Position numbers and translations under genes: made by a program. A stretch of DNA of 60,084 bases from Pseudomonadota bacterium (lineage in GTDB: Bacteria > Pseudomonadota > Alphaproteobacteria > Rhodobacterales > Rhodobacteraceae), in contig JBCBTE010000001.1 in the NCBI GenBank assembly GCA_039818805.1, forward strand, positions 1 through 60,084, written 5' to 3'. Positions 8,484 through 17,916 of the stretch are shown here, piece after piece. How positions within the stretch are numbered: the stretch's first letter is position 1; every line of letters begins with the position of its first letter. The notes under the pieces were generated by a model, which worked only from the letters and a program-made list of their open reading frames with translations, made no database searches and was not told where the DNA came from.

Positions 8484-10553
8484 CTATTCGGCCGCGACAG
8501 GCTCGGCCGGATCGGTTTGCGCGGCGCCTTCCGCGTCCGACATCTCCGCTTCGTCTGTTCGGTCGTCCACGATTGGTTCCACCGCAGCGGGTTCATCTGC
8601 ATCGCTGGCGGATGCGTCCTGCCCCGGCGTCCGCAGCGGATCGGGCAACCATCCGGATCCTGGGAGTAGTTCTTCGGCAGCCGCAATCATCGCGGGCTTT
8701 TTAAGGCCCGCGATCTGGTCCGCCGCATCGCCACCCTTGGCTTCCCGCACCGCTTCGAGGATTTGCGCCTTGGTGACGCGGGAGAGATAGACATCCGCCG
8801 TCGGGGTCCAACCGACCGCTGCCATGTCGAGGTTCAGCGCCGTGGCCAGAATGTCGGCATGCGCCAGCGCTCCGGGACGGCGGTTATAGGCTTCGTTCAC
8901 CGCATTGAGGGTCAGCGAGACGCAATGAGCGAAGAGCGCCTGACGGCTGTCGCTGTCGAAGTCGATCAGCACATCCCAAAGGTCTTCCGGTGCCTTGGGC
9001 AGGTGTTTCGCCCAATTCTCGGACCGCGCCTCAATGGCTTGCGCCGAGGCTGTGTCGGCAAGGCCTGGGGCCTGGGCTGAGAAGGTGGCGCTGCGCGGAT
9101 CGATCTCGATGCAGCTGTTTGATCCATAGCGGTAGAAGAGTTTGAGCGTCAGCACATGCAGGGCGGCGACGAAGGCGATATGCGGATCGCCCGCAAGCGC
9201 ATCGCGCAGGGCTAGCGTCCGATGTGCCGTCAGTTCCGTGACGAGGCGGTCAGAGAGCGGTTTGATGCCCTCATCTTCGTCCTCTTCGTCAGATGCCACC
9301 CCGTCAGCATCGATGTTGGTGTCATCGGCATCCTCATCCGCGATTTCCTCTTCGGATCGGTCTTCAGATGGTTGGGCCGGTTCGTCTTCCGGACGGACGT
9401 ATCCACGTTCGACCCGCAGCCGCCCAGAGCTGTCGATGCTGACGAAGGCCCCGGCAAGGGCCAAGTCCTCATCCTCAAACCGGACCGGATGATCCTGCAG
9501 GGCCTCCATGGCCGTTTCGATCTCGCCCAGCCGTGCGTCGACCTCCTCGGGCAATTCGTCGGCGTCCGCATGATCTGCCTCAAGCTGGTCGAACTCCGCC
9601 TTCAGCGCGTCGTAGGTTGTTTCTTCCTCATCGCTCATCGGCTCAGCTTCGCCATGAATGCGTCGCATGCCGTAAGTGTGGCCATAGGGAAAGTCGGTGT
9701 CCAACTCGATCCAAAGCCAGCCTTCGGCCTGAATCGCCTTGGCGTCCTCACGCAGTTTTTCGGCAACCATCAGATCAAGCAAACCTGCGTCCTGCAGCCA
9801 ACCGCCATCATCAGTCTGGAACAGGTCGCGCAGGATCGCACCGCCCGCGTCGACGTATGAGTCCAACCCGACATATTGCGCCCGACGATCCGAAGCGCGC
9901 ACGGCACCTTCGGTCAGCATGCGGCGGATTTCATAGGGCTGTTTGGAATAGTGCCGCTGCAAAGCCTCCCAGACCTGTTCCTGCCGTTTGTGATCGGGGT
10001 TGACCGTGAAGGCCATCAGCTCGTCGAGCGTCATTTCCTCCTCGGCGTAGGCGTCGAGCAAGGACGGTGCGACGGCGGCGAGCTTGAGCCGCTGTTTGAC
10101 GATGCTGGCCGAGACGAAGAAGGCCGCGGCGATCTCCTCCTCGCTTTTGCCCTTTTCGCGCATCGCCTGAAAGGCGCGGAACTGATCCAGCGGATGCAGC
10201 GGTGCGCGCTGGATGTTTTCAGCCAGACTGTCTTCTTCGGCGAGACCATCTGTGCGGATGATGCACGGTACGGGGGCTGTGCGATTGAGGCGCTTCTGCT
10301 TGACGAGAAGTTCCAGCGCTCGGAAACGTCGCCCCCCTGCGGGGATTTCGAACATGCCGGTCTCCGCGCCGTTATCGTCCAACACGGGCCGCACCGTCAG
10401 GCTGGCAAGAAGGGTGCGGCGGGCGATGTCTTCCGCCAGCTCCTCAATCGACACACCCGCCTTGGTGTGACGGACGTTGGACTGGCTGAGCAGGAGTTTG
10501 TTGAAGGGGATGTCGCGCGAGGCGCTGAGGATGATTTTCTGTTGCTTGGTCAT
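8484..10553 (-). CDS. parB: ParB/Spo0J-like partition protein (long ICE type)
   Basis: IPFNKLLLSQSNVR, AGGRRFRAL, SLAENIQRAPLHPLDQFRAF. Confidence 0.9.
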   Translation of the reverse strand: MTKQQKIILSASRDIPFNKLLLSQSNVRHTKAGVSIEELAEDIARRTLLASLTVRPVLDDNGAETGMFEIPAGGRRFRALELLVKQKRLNRTAPVPCIIRTDGLAEEDSLAENIQRAPLHPLDQFRAFQAMREKGKSEEEIAAAFFVSASIVKQRLKLAAVAPSLLDAYAEEEMTLDELMAFTVNPDHKRQEQVWEALQRHYSKQPYEIRRMLTEGAVRASDRRAQYVGLDSYVDAGGAILRDLFQTDDGGWLQDAGLLDLMVAEKLREDAKAIQAEGWLWIELDTDFPYGHTYGMRRIHGEAEPMSDEEETTYDALKAEFDQLEADHADADELPEEVDARLGEIETAMEALQDHPVRFEDEDLALAGAFVSIDSSGRLRVERGYVRPEDEPAQPSEDRSEEEIADEDADDTNIDADGVASDEEDEDEGIKPLSDRLVTELTAHRTLALRDALAGDPHIAFVAALHVLTLKLFYRYGSNSCIEIDPRSATFSAQAPGLADTASAQAIEARSENWAKHLPKAPEDLWDVLIDFDSDSRQALFAHCVSLTLNAVNEAYNRRPGALAHADILATALNLDMAAVGWTPTADVYLSRVTKAQILEAVREAKGGDAADQIAGLKKPAMIAAAEELLPGSGWLPDPLRTPGQDASASDADEPAAVEPIVDDRTDEAEMSDAEGAAQTDPAEPVAAE

Positions 10554-10560
10554 CGGAGTT

Positions 10561-10611
10561 CTCCGCGACGGGCCGGCCGGGAACCTCTCTCGACCTTTCA
10601 AACCCGTCACG
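10561..10611 (-). repeat. Structured 5' leader motif, copy 1 (upstream of parB)
   Basis: CGTGACGGG-TTTGAAA-GGTCGAGAGAGGTTCCCGGCC-GG-CCCGTCGCG-GAG; near-identical to 11878-11929. Confidence 0.7.
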
Positions 10612-10676
10612 AAAAACCCGGCCCACCTCTTCCTCGGGGGAAGGGACGGACCGGGACAATCTGGGTTCGACGTGAT

Positions 10677-11870
10677 TCAGGCCGCACTTTCCAGCAGCTT
10701 TTTGGCGCGGGTTTCCATTTCCAGCCGCGCGTCTTGCTGGGGTTTGTTGCGCGCGACTGCCGTGATGCCCTGCACGAAATCAAAGACGCTTTCCGGCGGG
10801 CGACCTTCTTCAGTCAGGACGGTGTCGATGATCGTCGTTGCCGCCGCTTTCGAGAATCCGCGCTTGCGCAGGAAGTCGGACCGGTCGTCGTCCGACCGCG
10901 CGACGATCTTCTCACGCGCCGCGCTGATGCCGTCGATAAAAGGCGTGGGTGAGGACTCGGCGAAGCGGCTCAGCGCCGGGGTTGCCTCATGCGCAAAGCG
11001 GGAGGCGGCGTATTTCGAGTGGCGGATTTTGATCTCCTGGAAGTCCTCAACGCCCCAAAGGTTGCGGTTCTGGCAGACGGCACGCAGGTAGAAACTCGCG
11101 ATCCCAAGCGTCTTGGCACCCACCTCCGAATTCCAGCAATAAAACCCCCGGAAGTAGAGGTCGGGCGTACCATCGGGCAGCAGCCCCGCCTCGATCGGGT
11201 TCAGGTCGTCGACGAGGAACAGGAACACGTCGCGATCCGAGGCATAGAGCGTCGTCGTCTGCTTTGTCACGTCCACGCGTGGGTTGTAGATGCCGGTCGA
11301 CCAATCGAGCACACCCGGCACCTTCCAGCGCGTTTCGCCGGTGCCATTGCCCGCGATGCGCTGCACGGCGGAGACCAGCTCGTGATCATAGATGCGGCCG
11401 TAGTCAGGGCCCGTCACAGCGCGCAGTTCCGTGTGACCGTTCGCGACCTCCATGGTCTTGATCTGCTCGGCGCGGTGGTTGGTCAGCCCGTATTGCAGGT
11501 TGATCCCCGCCAGCGGTGCGGGCAGCTGACGCAAGTAGGCGGCAGGCGCGCCGACAATGCTGGACAGTTGCCCGAAACTCCAATGCGTTGGCGCGATGGG
11601 TTCGTCGGCGCCGGGCAGTATTAGCCCCAGCTTCTCCGGGTTGTCCCGATGCGCCTCGACCCGGATCGCGGCGCTCTCCACGGTGCGCGTGCGGCTCCGG
11701 TCGGCGCGTGTTTTGACCGAGGTGAAGAGATCGTCGAGCGACAGATACCGCTCGTCATCCGGGCGCGAGAACCACTCGGACGATACACGATCCACATTCT
11801 CGCCGCGCGACACACCCACTTTGTAGCCAGCGCTTGAGACGCGGCGGCCGTCCAGAACTTCCGTATTCAT
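10677..11870 (-). CDS. DUF932 family protein
   Basis: VSSEWFSRPDDERYLSL, PTHWSFGQL, TGPDYGRI, TLYASDRDVF, RGFYCWNSEVG, VCQNRNLWG. Confidence 0.85.
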   Translation of the reverse strand: MNTEVLDGRRVSSAGYKVGVSRGENVDRVSSEWFSRPDDERYLSLDDLFTSVKTRADRSRTRTVESAAIRVEAHRDNPEKLGLILPGADEPIAPTHWSFGQLSSIVGAPAAYLRQLPAPLAGINLQYGLTNHRAEQIKTMEVANGHTELRAVTGPDYGRIYDHELVSAVQRIAGNGTGETRWKVPGVLDWSTGIYNPRVDVTKQTTTLYASDRDVFLFLVDDLNPIEAGLLPDGTPDLYFRGFYCWNSEVGAKTLGIASFYLRAVCQNRNLWGVEDFQEIKIRHSKYAASRFAHEATPALSRFAESSPTPFIDGISAAREKIVARSDDDRSDFLRKRGFSKAAATTIIDTVLTEEGRPPESVFDFVQGITAVARNKPQQDARLEMETRAKKLLESAA

Positions 11871-11877
11871 GAGAAAT

Positions 11878-11929
11878 CTCCCGAGACGGGCGGCCGGGAG
11901 CCTCTCTCTCGACCTCCAAACCCGTCACG
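11878..11929 (-). repeat. Structured 5' leader motif, copy 2 (upstream of DUF932 gene)
   Basis: CGTGACGGG-TTTGGA-GGTCGAGAGAGAGGCTCCCGGCC-G-CCCGTCTCG-GGAG. Confidence 0.7.
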
Positions 11930-11997
11930 GGAGCACCCTCCACTCTCTCACTCTGGGGGGCTTCTGGATCGAACGCCTGTCTCATGGGTGATCGCCT

Positions 11998-12072
11998 TTG
12001 TCCGATATGTGTATACAAGTTTCGGACAAGTCGCTTTCGCTCTGTCCGAAATCATGCTACAGATTTCGGACA
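11998..12072. promoter_or_regulatory. Tandem palindromic operators of the AbiE operon
   Basis: TTGTCCGA-N16-TCGGACAA (11998-12029) and TGTCCGAAATC-N8-GATTTCGGACA (12043-12072); the second ends on the start codon. Confidence 0.7.
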
Positions 12073-12728
12073 TGAACCATACATCAACAGATCTGAAGGC
12101 CGACATCCTGAAACGGATCACCAGTGGCGCGCCGCGCGGCGTGTGGACGCCGCGGGATTTTCTGGATCTCGGCGAACGAGATGCCGTGGACAAGGTGCTA
12201 CAGCGACTGACGCGGGCAGGGGGGCTGCGCCGCATAGATCGCGGTCTCTACGATCAACCGTCCACCAATCGCCTGACCCAGAAAGACAGCCCGGCAGATC
12301 CGCGTGAAGTCATCGATGCCATCGCACGCCGGGATCAAATACGTGTCCTCGTCGATGGAATGACAGCCGCCAACGATCTGGGTCTGACCAACGCTGTTCC
12401 GGCCAAAATCTTGGTGCATACCGACGCACGACTGAAAACGATCTCGCTTGGTCAACTCGACATTGTCTTCAAACCGACCGCTGCCAGCAAGCTGTATTGG
12501 GCCGGACGGCCAGCCATGCGGATCGTTCAGGCCCTGCATTGGCTACGGGATACGATGGGGCAGGTTGATGAGGATCAGACACTGATTCGCCGTCTGAAGG
12601 CGCTTCTCAATGACCCAGCGAACGGGAAGCGCCTTCGTGACGATCTTGAGGACGGGCTGACAACACTGCCGAGTTGGATGCAGAGTCTGTTGCGTCCGAT
12701 ACTGGCAGAGCAGGCAGGTGCCGCGTGA
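12072..12728 (+). CDS. abiEi: AbiEi-type antitoxin / DUF6088 regulator (type IV TA)
   Basis: VWTPRDFLDLG.RDAVDKVLQRL...LRRIDRGLYD; G..AANDLGLTNAVPAK; GTGA overlap with the toxin gene. Confidence 0.85.
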   Translation: MNHTSTDLKADILKRITSGAPRGVWTPRDFLDLGERDAVDKVLQRLTRAGGLRRIDRGLYDQPSTNRLTQKDSPADPREVIDAIARRDQIRVLVDGMTAANDLGLTNAVPAKILVHTDARLKTISLGQLDIVFKPTAASKLYWAGRPAMRIVQALHWLRDTMGQVDEDQTLIRRLKALLNDPANGKRLRDDLEDGLTTLPSWMQSLLRPILAEQAGAA

Positions 12729-13804
12729 ACCCAGCGTTCGACCGCATCATTTCGGCGGATGACGGAACACGGCTCGGGCTCTTTACGACAACGGCACAGC
12801 GTATGGGCACCACGCCGCAGAATGTCGAAAAGGATTTTTGGGTCTGCTGGACCCTCGACGCGCTGTTCAATGGGTTACCGAACGGACCACGACTCTTGTT
12901 CAAAGGCGGCACGTCCCTGTCAAAGGGCTTTGGGCTGATCCGGCGGTTTTCGGAGGATATCGACGTCACAGTGTTCCGGGACGATCTGGGAGAAGCCGCA
13001 ACGATTGAAGAGCTTGCGGCCTTGAGCGGCAAGAAACGCGGCAAGGCGCTGGATGCGATCAAGGCGGCCTGTGAAAACTATCTCCAAGGCGAGCTCTTCG
13101 GCGGACTGAACGAGATTGTGTCTGACGTCGCCGGGCGAAACGGCCTCGACATCGCCCGGTTCTTTGTCGAGCGCGATCCAGAAGACAACCAGGCGCTGTA
13201 CCTTCGCTATCCGACCGCGACACCGGTCGATGCCTACATCGCCAAGGCTGTGAAAATCGAGTCCGGCGCCAAATCAGCGCTTGATCCCAATTCCATGCGC
13301 AGCATCAGTCCTTATCTCCAAGAGGAAGTGTCGGATATTGATCTGACTGTCGTGAACGTCACCATTGTCGACGCTGAGCGGACGTTTTGGGACAAGATCG
13401 TGATCCTGCACGGCCTGCGACGGTGGTTCGACATTCGTGGAGAACTGAAAGGAAGCGGTCAACGCGTGTCGCGGCACTACTACGACACCTATCAACTTCT
13501 CGGATCGGACCTTGGCGAACGCGCGTTGGCCGATCACGCGCTTGGTGCAGATTGCGTTGCCCACGCGCGCATGTTCTTCAACCGTCCGGCTTTCGACCTT
13601 GCCACCGCAGCTGCGCCGACGTTTTCGATTACTCCGCTTGGAAAGATGCTCGACGACCTGCGACGCGACTACCGCGCGATGTCGGGTATGATTTTCGGGG
13701 AAGCACCGGCTTTTGAGGCTGTGATCGAGCGGATTTCTGAATTGGAGAGAAGGCTTAACGCAGCGCCGACGGGGTCGAAGGGCGCATCGGATGGAAATTC
13801 ATGA
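12725..13804 (+). CDS. abiEii: AbiEii/AbiGii nucleotidyltransferase toxin
   Basis: VEKDFWVCWTL, FKGGTSLSK...RFSEDID, ERTFWDK, SRHYYD. Confidence 0.92.
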   Translation: MNPAFDRIISADDGTRLGLFTTTAQRMGTTPQNVEKDFWVCWTLDALFNGLPNGPRLLFKGGTSLSKGFGLIRRFSEDIDVTVFRDDLGEAATIEELAALSGKKRGKALDAIKAACENYLQGELFGGLNEIVSDVAGRNGLDIARFFVERDPEDNQALYLRYPTATPVDAYIAKAVKIESGAKSALDPNSMRSISPYLQEEVSDIDLTVVNVTIVDAERTFWDKIVILHGLRRWFDIRGELKGSGQRVSRHYYDTYQLLGSDLGERALADHALGADCVAHARMFFNRPAFDLATAAAPTFSITPLGKMLDDLRRDYRAMSGMIFGEAPAFEAVIERISELERRLNAAPTGSKGASDGNS

Positions 13805-14075
13805 TATTCGCAACAGCCCGAAAGGGCCATGAAAACAAGGTGGCTGCGATGGTGCGTATATCAGGTGCGAAACAAGCGCACATCAAGGAAGAGAACCTCT
13901 TTATATGTAATTTGGCAGATGCGGGATCGACGCCTGTGCTCTCAAAACAGGGTATCTGGATCAGGTCGCTTGCGAACAGGATCAAACATTTCCAGAGGTT
14001 TACGCTGCTACCTGAGCGATAGTGATCGCATCGCAAATCACGCGAACTAGTGTGGTTCGTCAGAGGGTTTTGTTA

Positions 14076-16607
14076 ATGTCATCAATTCTAAAATTCTTTC
14101 GGGTCGCCTTTTTTTACGCGCTCTATTTTTTGATGTGCATGATTGCCGTGGTGACCGTGTTGCAAGGCTGGCCCGTTGGCGGTCAAATGCTCTTTGCCTT
14201 TGGATTGCCTATCGTTTTGGTCTGGTGGCAAGAAAAGAAACGATCACGGAAAGTTCAAGCCAAAGCGCTTGCAGCGGCAAGCGCAAACACACGAGTAACT
14301 CAATCTGAGCCAGTGGCCCGCGTTAGTGCCCAAGAAAAACGCATCGAACGTGAGCGAGAGAGAACTCGTGAAGCGAATGCTACTCAATCATCGTCGACAG
14401 CGCCGCCCAAACCACCAAAACAGGACTACGCGGAAATCGTGCGTGCTGGCCAGTCTGCAGCACCAGCACTTTCGGCCATTGCGAAGCGGTATGAGAACGC
14501 GCGGCCAACAGCACACAAGCCGCAAGCAAATTCACGTAAAAATGGCTGGATACCAGCGGCAGAAACCGCGACTGTTGCGGGGCGAGATATTGGCGGAATG
14601 GTCTATGTTGGGACGCCGCCTTTGCTCAATCACCATGGCTATCGTGACAAATGCAGGGCCTACATCGACCCGTCTCTTTCTGTCGCAAGGAGCGGAGGCG
14701 ATAGGGCCGGCGAAGGCATGTCATATTGGCCTGGGTACTCTGACATTTCAGCCCGAAGTAGGGCGACATACCTTGAATGGCTTTCAAGTGGTCGTTCGGA
14801 TCCTTCCTATGATCCAGGTTACATGTTTCTGTATTTCTATGGGTTGGAGCGGCGATTTTTCGTCGATCAATCCAACGCTGATGCAAAGGATATCATCACT
14901 GAAGTTCGAAGATTGATCTCGCTCTATCCTGAAAACCATTCGGTGAAGCGATACTTGGGTGAATTTCTTGATATCGCGACACTTGCTGAAACTGAGTTTG
15001 AGGCGCTGGAACCGATCTTTGAAAGCCAGGGTTGGGAGCTTCCTTTTTCGTTGAAGTATGCGATTGGTGCGCGTCTTGATAAGGGAGAAAACTTGAGTGC
15101 AGACTGGGTTCTGAGCTGGTTAATGTGCCATCCCGAAAGCCATTTGCGCACGCCAGCAACGCGGTGCCACGATGAGTTCCTGGCGTTGTTCAAGATACGG
15201 TTCGACGATCGCTTTCCAAATGGGCTGAAGGTCAGCAAGCCGCGCAAACACCTCAAAGCAACGTATCGCGCAGCCTCAAGCGAGTTCGAGGGGACACTCA
15301 ATCCAACAGCCGACGGCAAACCCGTTCCTGATATCTCCGGATTGCGAAAGCCAGTCGAGATTGCGCAGGAAGTCGCGGACGAAGTCATAGATGACCTTGA
15401 TAAGCTGAGCCGCTATCTTGGTCGGAACGCCGAGGGCAGGGGAAGCATTGAAGCGCACGCACTTTTGCCAATAGATCTGTGGTCCCTGTTCCCATCGACG
15501 GAAATGGAAGCGCTAAAAGAGTGGGCGAGGGGGATCATGCAGAGTGGCGGACTTGTTCCGCTGGCCGTCGTGATCGAGAAGCTTGAAGGACAGCGCAGCA
15601 CGAAGATTGGCAAGCGACAGCTAACAGGGGCGTCAGACGCTTTGGCGCGTCTTGGATTCGGGCTGGCACCTGATCCGCGCTTTGCACTGCGTTCGCCAAA
15701 ACCGGAAGAGCCAGTAGTTTTGTTTGATCTCGGCGAGCAGATCGAAAAGCTCGAAGAAGTTTCGGCAAGCTATCAGACAGCGTTGATGGAGTTGGCGCTT
15801 GCGTCATTTGTCGCCCATGCGGACGGGCGTATCGCCGAAGCCGAACGGAAAGCGTTAGAGGCTCAGATCGCATTTGATGAGGGGCTAAGTGAGCAAGAGC
15901 GGCGCCGGCTTCGGGCAAATTTGGAATGGTTCCTGGCCGTGCCGCCTGACATGACGCTGCTACGCCGCAAACTCAAAGATGTTGGTGTAGAAGACCAAAC
16001 GGCGATGCGTGCGGCCTTGGTGGGTGCGGCCCACGCCGATGGTGTCATCCAATCCGAAGAAGTCGCCAGCATTGAGAAGGTGTACAAGGCATTGGGCCTT
16101 GATCCGGCACTTGCGTATTCAGACCTGCACGCCGGAGAAATTGCGGATGCACCACGCACTGTTCGTGCAGCCCAGCCGGGCAATTCTGGAGAGGCCATTC
16201 CTGAACTACAAAAGGCAGCCGGGCCTGTTCTGGATGCATCTCGGATTGCGGCCATTAGATCAGATACGGCACGGGTGTCTTCTGTCCTGGGGCAGATTTT
16301 TGAGTCCGAGGACGAAGCAGAAGAGGGCGGGGACCCCACGGGTGCAACGCTGTTTACTGGGCTAGATGCAAAACATGGCGCTTTGCTGTTGGATTTGGTG
16401 GGTCAAGAGAACTGGACCGAGGACGCATTCGAGCAGCTTTGCGGACAGCATGGATTAATGCCGTCAGGTGCATTGGAGGCTATAAATGAGTGGGCCTTTG
16501 AGACCCATGAAGAAGCGTTGTTGGACGAGTATGATGGATATGACGTGTCTCCCGAGATTGCGGACGCGGTAAAACAAAAATTAGAAGGGGAGGGGCGTCA
16601 TGTCTAA
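14076..16607 (+). CDS. sngA: TerB-N/TerB/TerB-C protein, Shango SngA-like, with two N-terminal TM helices
   Basis: YWPGYSDI...RATYLEWL...GYMFLYFYGLERR (TerB_N); two AHADG motifs (TerB); GALEAINEWAFE (TerB_C). Confidence 0.85.
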   Translation: MSSILKFFRVAFFYALYFLMCMIAVVTVLQGWPVGGQMLFAFGLPIVLVWWQEKKRSRKVQAKALAAASANTRVTQSEPVARVSAQEKRIERERERTREANATQSSSTAPPKPPKQDYAEIVRAGQSAAPALSAIAKRYENARPTAHKPQANSRKNGWIPAAETATVAGRDIGGMVYVGTPPLLNHHGYRDKCRAYIDPSLSVARSGGDRAGEGMSYWPGYSDISARSRATYLEWLSSGRSDPSYDPGYMFLYFYGLERRFFVDQSNADAKDIITEVRRLISLYPENHSVKRYLGEFLDIATLAETEFEALEPIFESQGWELPFSLKYAIGARLDKGENLSADWVLSWLMCHPESHLRTPATRCHDEFLALFKIRFDDRFPNGLKVSKPRKHLKATYRAASSEFEGTLNPTADGKPVPDISGLRKPVEIAQEVADEVIDDLDKLSRYLGRNAEGRGSIEAHALLPIDLWSLFPSTEMEALKEWARGIMQSGGLVPLAVVIEKLEGQRSTKIGKRQLTGASDALARLGFGLAPDPRFALRSPKPEEPVVLFDLGEQIEKLEEVSASYQTALMELALASFVAHADGRIAEAERKALEAQIAFDEGLSEQERRRLRANLEWFLAVPPDMTLLRRKLKDVGVEDQTAMRAALVGAAHADGVIQSEEVASIEKVYKALGLDPALAYSDLHAGEIADAPRTVRAAQPGNSGEAIPELQKAAGPVLDASRIAAIRSDTARVSSVLGQIFESEDEAEEGGDPTGATLFTGLDAKHGALLLDLVGQENWTEDAFEQLCGQHGLMPSGALEAINEWAFETHEEALLDEYDGYDVSPEIADAVKQKLEGEGRHV

Positions 16608-17907
16608 ACTGAAGCCACGTGAACGCGATGCAATTGTTCAGGCTTTGCGGGCCGGGGTCGTGCCAAAACTGGGCCTGCGTCATATCCAGGTCGGGCGCGT
16701 TCGCGAGATCGAAGAACTTGTGAAGGACATGGAGCGCATCGCGGACGGGGGCTCTGCCATCCGTTTTGTTATCGGGGAATATGGATCCGGCAAGACCTTC
16801 TTTATGAACTTGATCCGGTTGGTAGCGCTGGAAAAGGGGCTGGTGGTGATGTTCGCTGATCTTGCCCCTGACAGGCGTATTCATGCGACTGGAGGCCAGG
16901 CGCGTGGCCTCTACGCAGAGATGGCGCGCAACCTTTCAACGCGCACTAAGCCCGATGGTGGTGCCTTGGCAAGTGTGGTTGAGCGGTTTGTCAGCCAAGC
17001 GCACCGAGACGCCGAGGAAAAAGATGTGCCTACGGGCACCATCATTCGCGAGCGCTTGGGCCATTTTGAAGAACTCACTGGTGGCTTTGAATTTGCAGAG
17101 GTCATTCGCCGGTATTGGGAAGGCCATGAGGACGGGGATGATGAACTTAAGTCCGCCGCACTACGCTGGCTGAGGGGAGAGTTCGCAACCCGCACGGATG
17201 CGCGCAAGGCCCTTGGCGTGCGCACGATTGTCGATGATGCGAGCGTTTACGATCATCTCAAGCTGATGTCTGCTTTTGTGTGCGAGGCTGGTTACAAAGG
17301 GCTGCTTGTCGGCCTTGATGAAATGGTGAACCTGTTCAAGCTCACATCGTCCCAAGCACGCAATGCAAACTACGAGCAGATTCTACGTATTTTGAACGAC
17401 GTACTTCAGGGCAGTGCCGAGAATCTTGGGTTTCTCATGGGAGGCACGCCAGAGTTTTTGATGAACACGCGCCGTGGGCTTTATAGCTATGAAGCCTTGC
17501 AATCGCGGCTAGCGGAAAACACCTTCGCCCGCGATGGGCTCGTCGATTTGTCGGGACCGGTTGTGCGGCTGGCCAGCCTGACGCCGGAAGATCTGTTTGT
17601 TCTGTTGGCCAATGTCAGACGCGTGATCCAGGACGATGAAACGGCTTTGCCTGATACAGCGCTTGAAGCCTTTATGAACCATTGCTCGGACCGGATTGGA
17701 GAGGCCTATTTCAGGACCCCGCGCAATACCGTCACTGCCTTTGTGAATCTATTGTCGGTGCTTGAACAAAATCCGGGCGTTGAGTGGAGCGATCTGATCG
17801 AAAAGATCGACGTCTCAGAAGATCGAGGGGAAGATATGAGCGACGTGGAGGAAACGACTGGTGCTCAGCCTAGTGGTGACGATGATCTGATCAGCTTTAA
17901 GCTCTGA
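16600..17907 (+). CDS. sngB: P-loop ATPase (DUF2791/BrxD-like), Shango SngB-like
   Basis: ALRAGVVP..GL..IQVGR, Walker A GEYGSGKT, Walker B LLVGLDE, YEALQSRL. Confidence 0.88.
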   Translation: MSKLKPRERDAIVQALRAGVVPKLGLRHIQVGRVREIEELVKDMERIADGGSAIRFVIGEYGSGKTFFMNLIRLVALEKGLVVMFADLAPDRRIHATGGQARGLYAEMARNLSTRTKPDGGALASVVERFVSQAHRDAEEKDVPTGTIIRERLGHFEELTGGFEFAEVIRRYWEGHEDGDDELKSAALRWLRGEFATRTDARKALGVRTIVDDASVYDHLKLMSAFVCEAGYKGLLVGLDEMVNLFKLTSSQARNANYEQILRILNDVLQGSAENLGFLMGGTPEFLMNTRRGLYSYEALQSRLAENTFARDGLVDLSGPVVRLASLTPEDLFVLLANVRRVIQDDETALPDTALEAFMNHCSDRIGEAYFRTPRNTVTAFVNLLSVLEQNPGVEWSDLIEKIDVSEDRGEDMSDVEETTGAQPSGDDDLISFKL

Positions 17908-17916
17908 GCCCTTAGG

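Noticed and set aside
13801-14050. Short ORFs between AbiEii and sngA
   Set aside because: No recognisable motifs and several conflicting frames; more likely promoter region
14076-16607. Tellurite-resistance operon
   Set aside because: No terZACDE genes; the TerB domain is in a defence context
16600-17907. BREX system (BrxD-like ATPase)
   Set aside because: No pglX, pglZ or brxC; the TerB and helicase neighbours fit Shango
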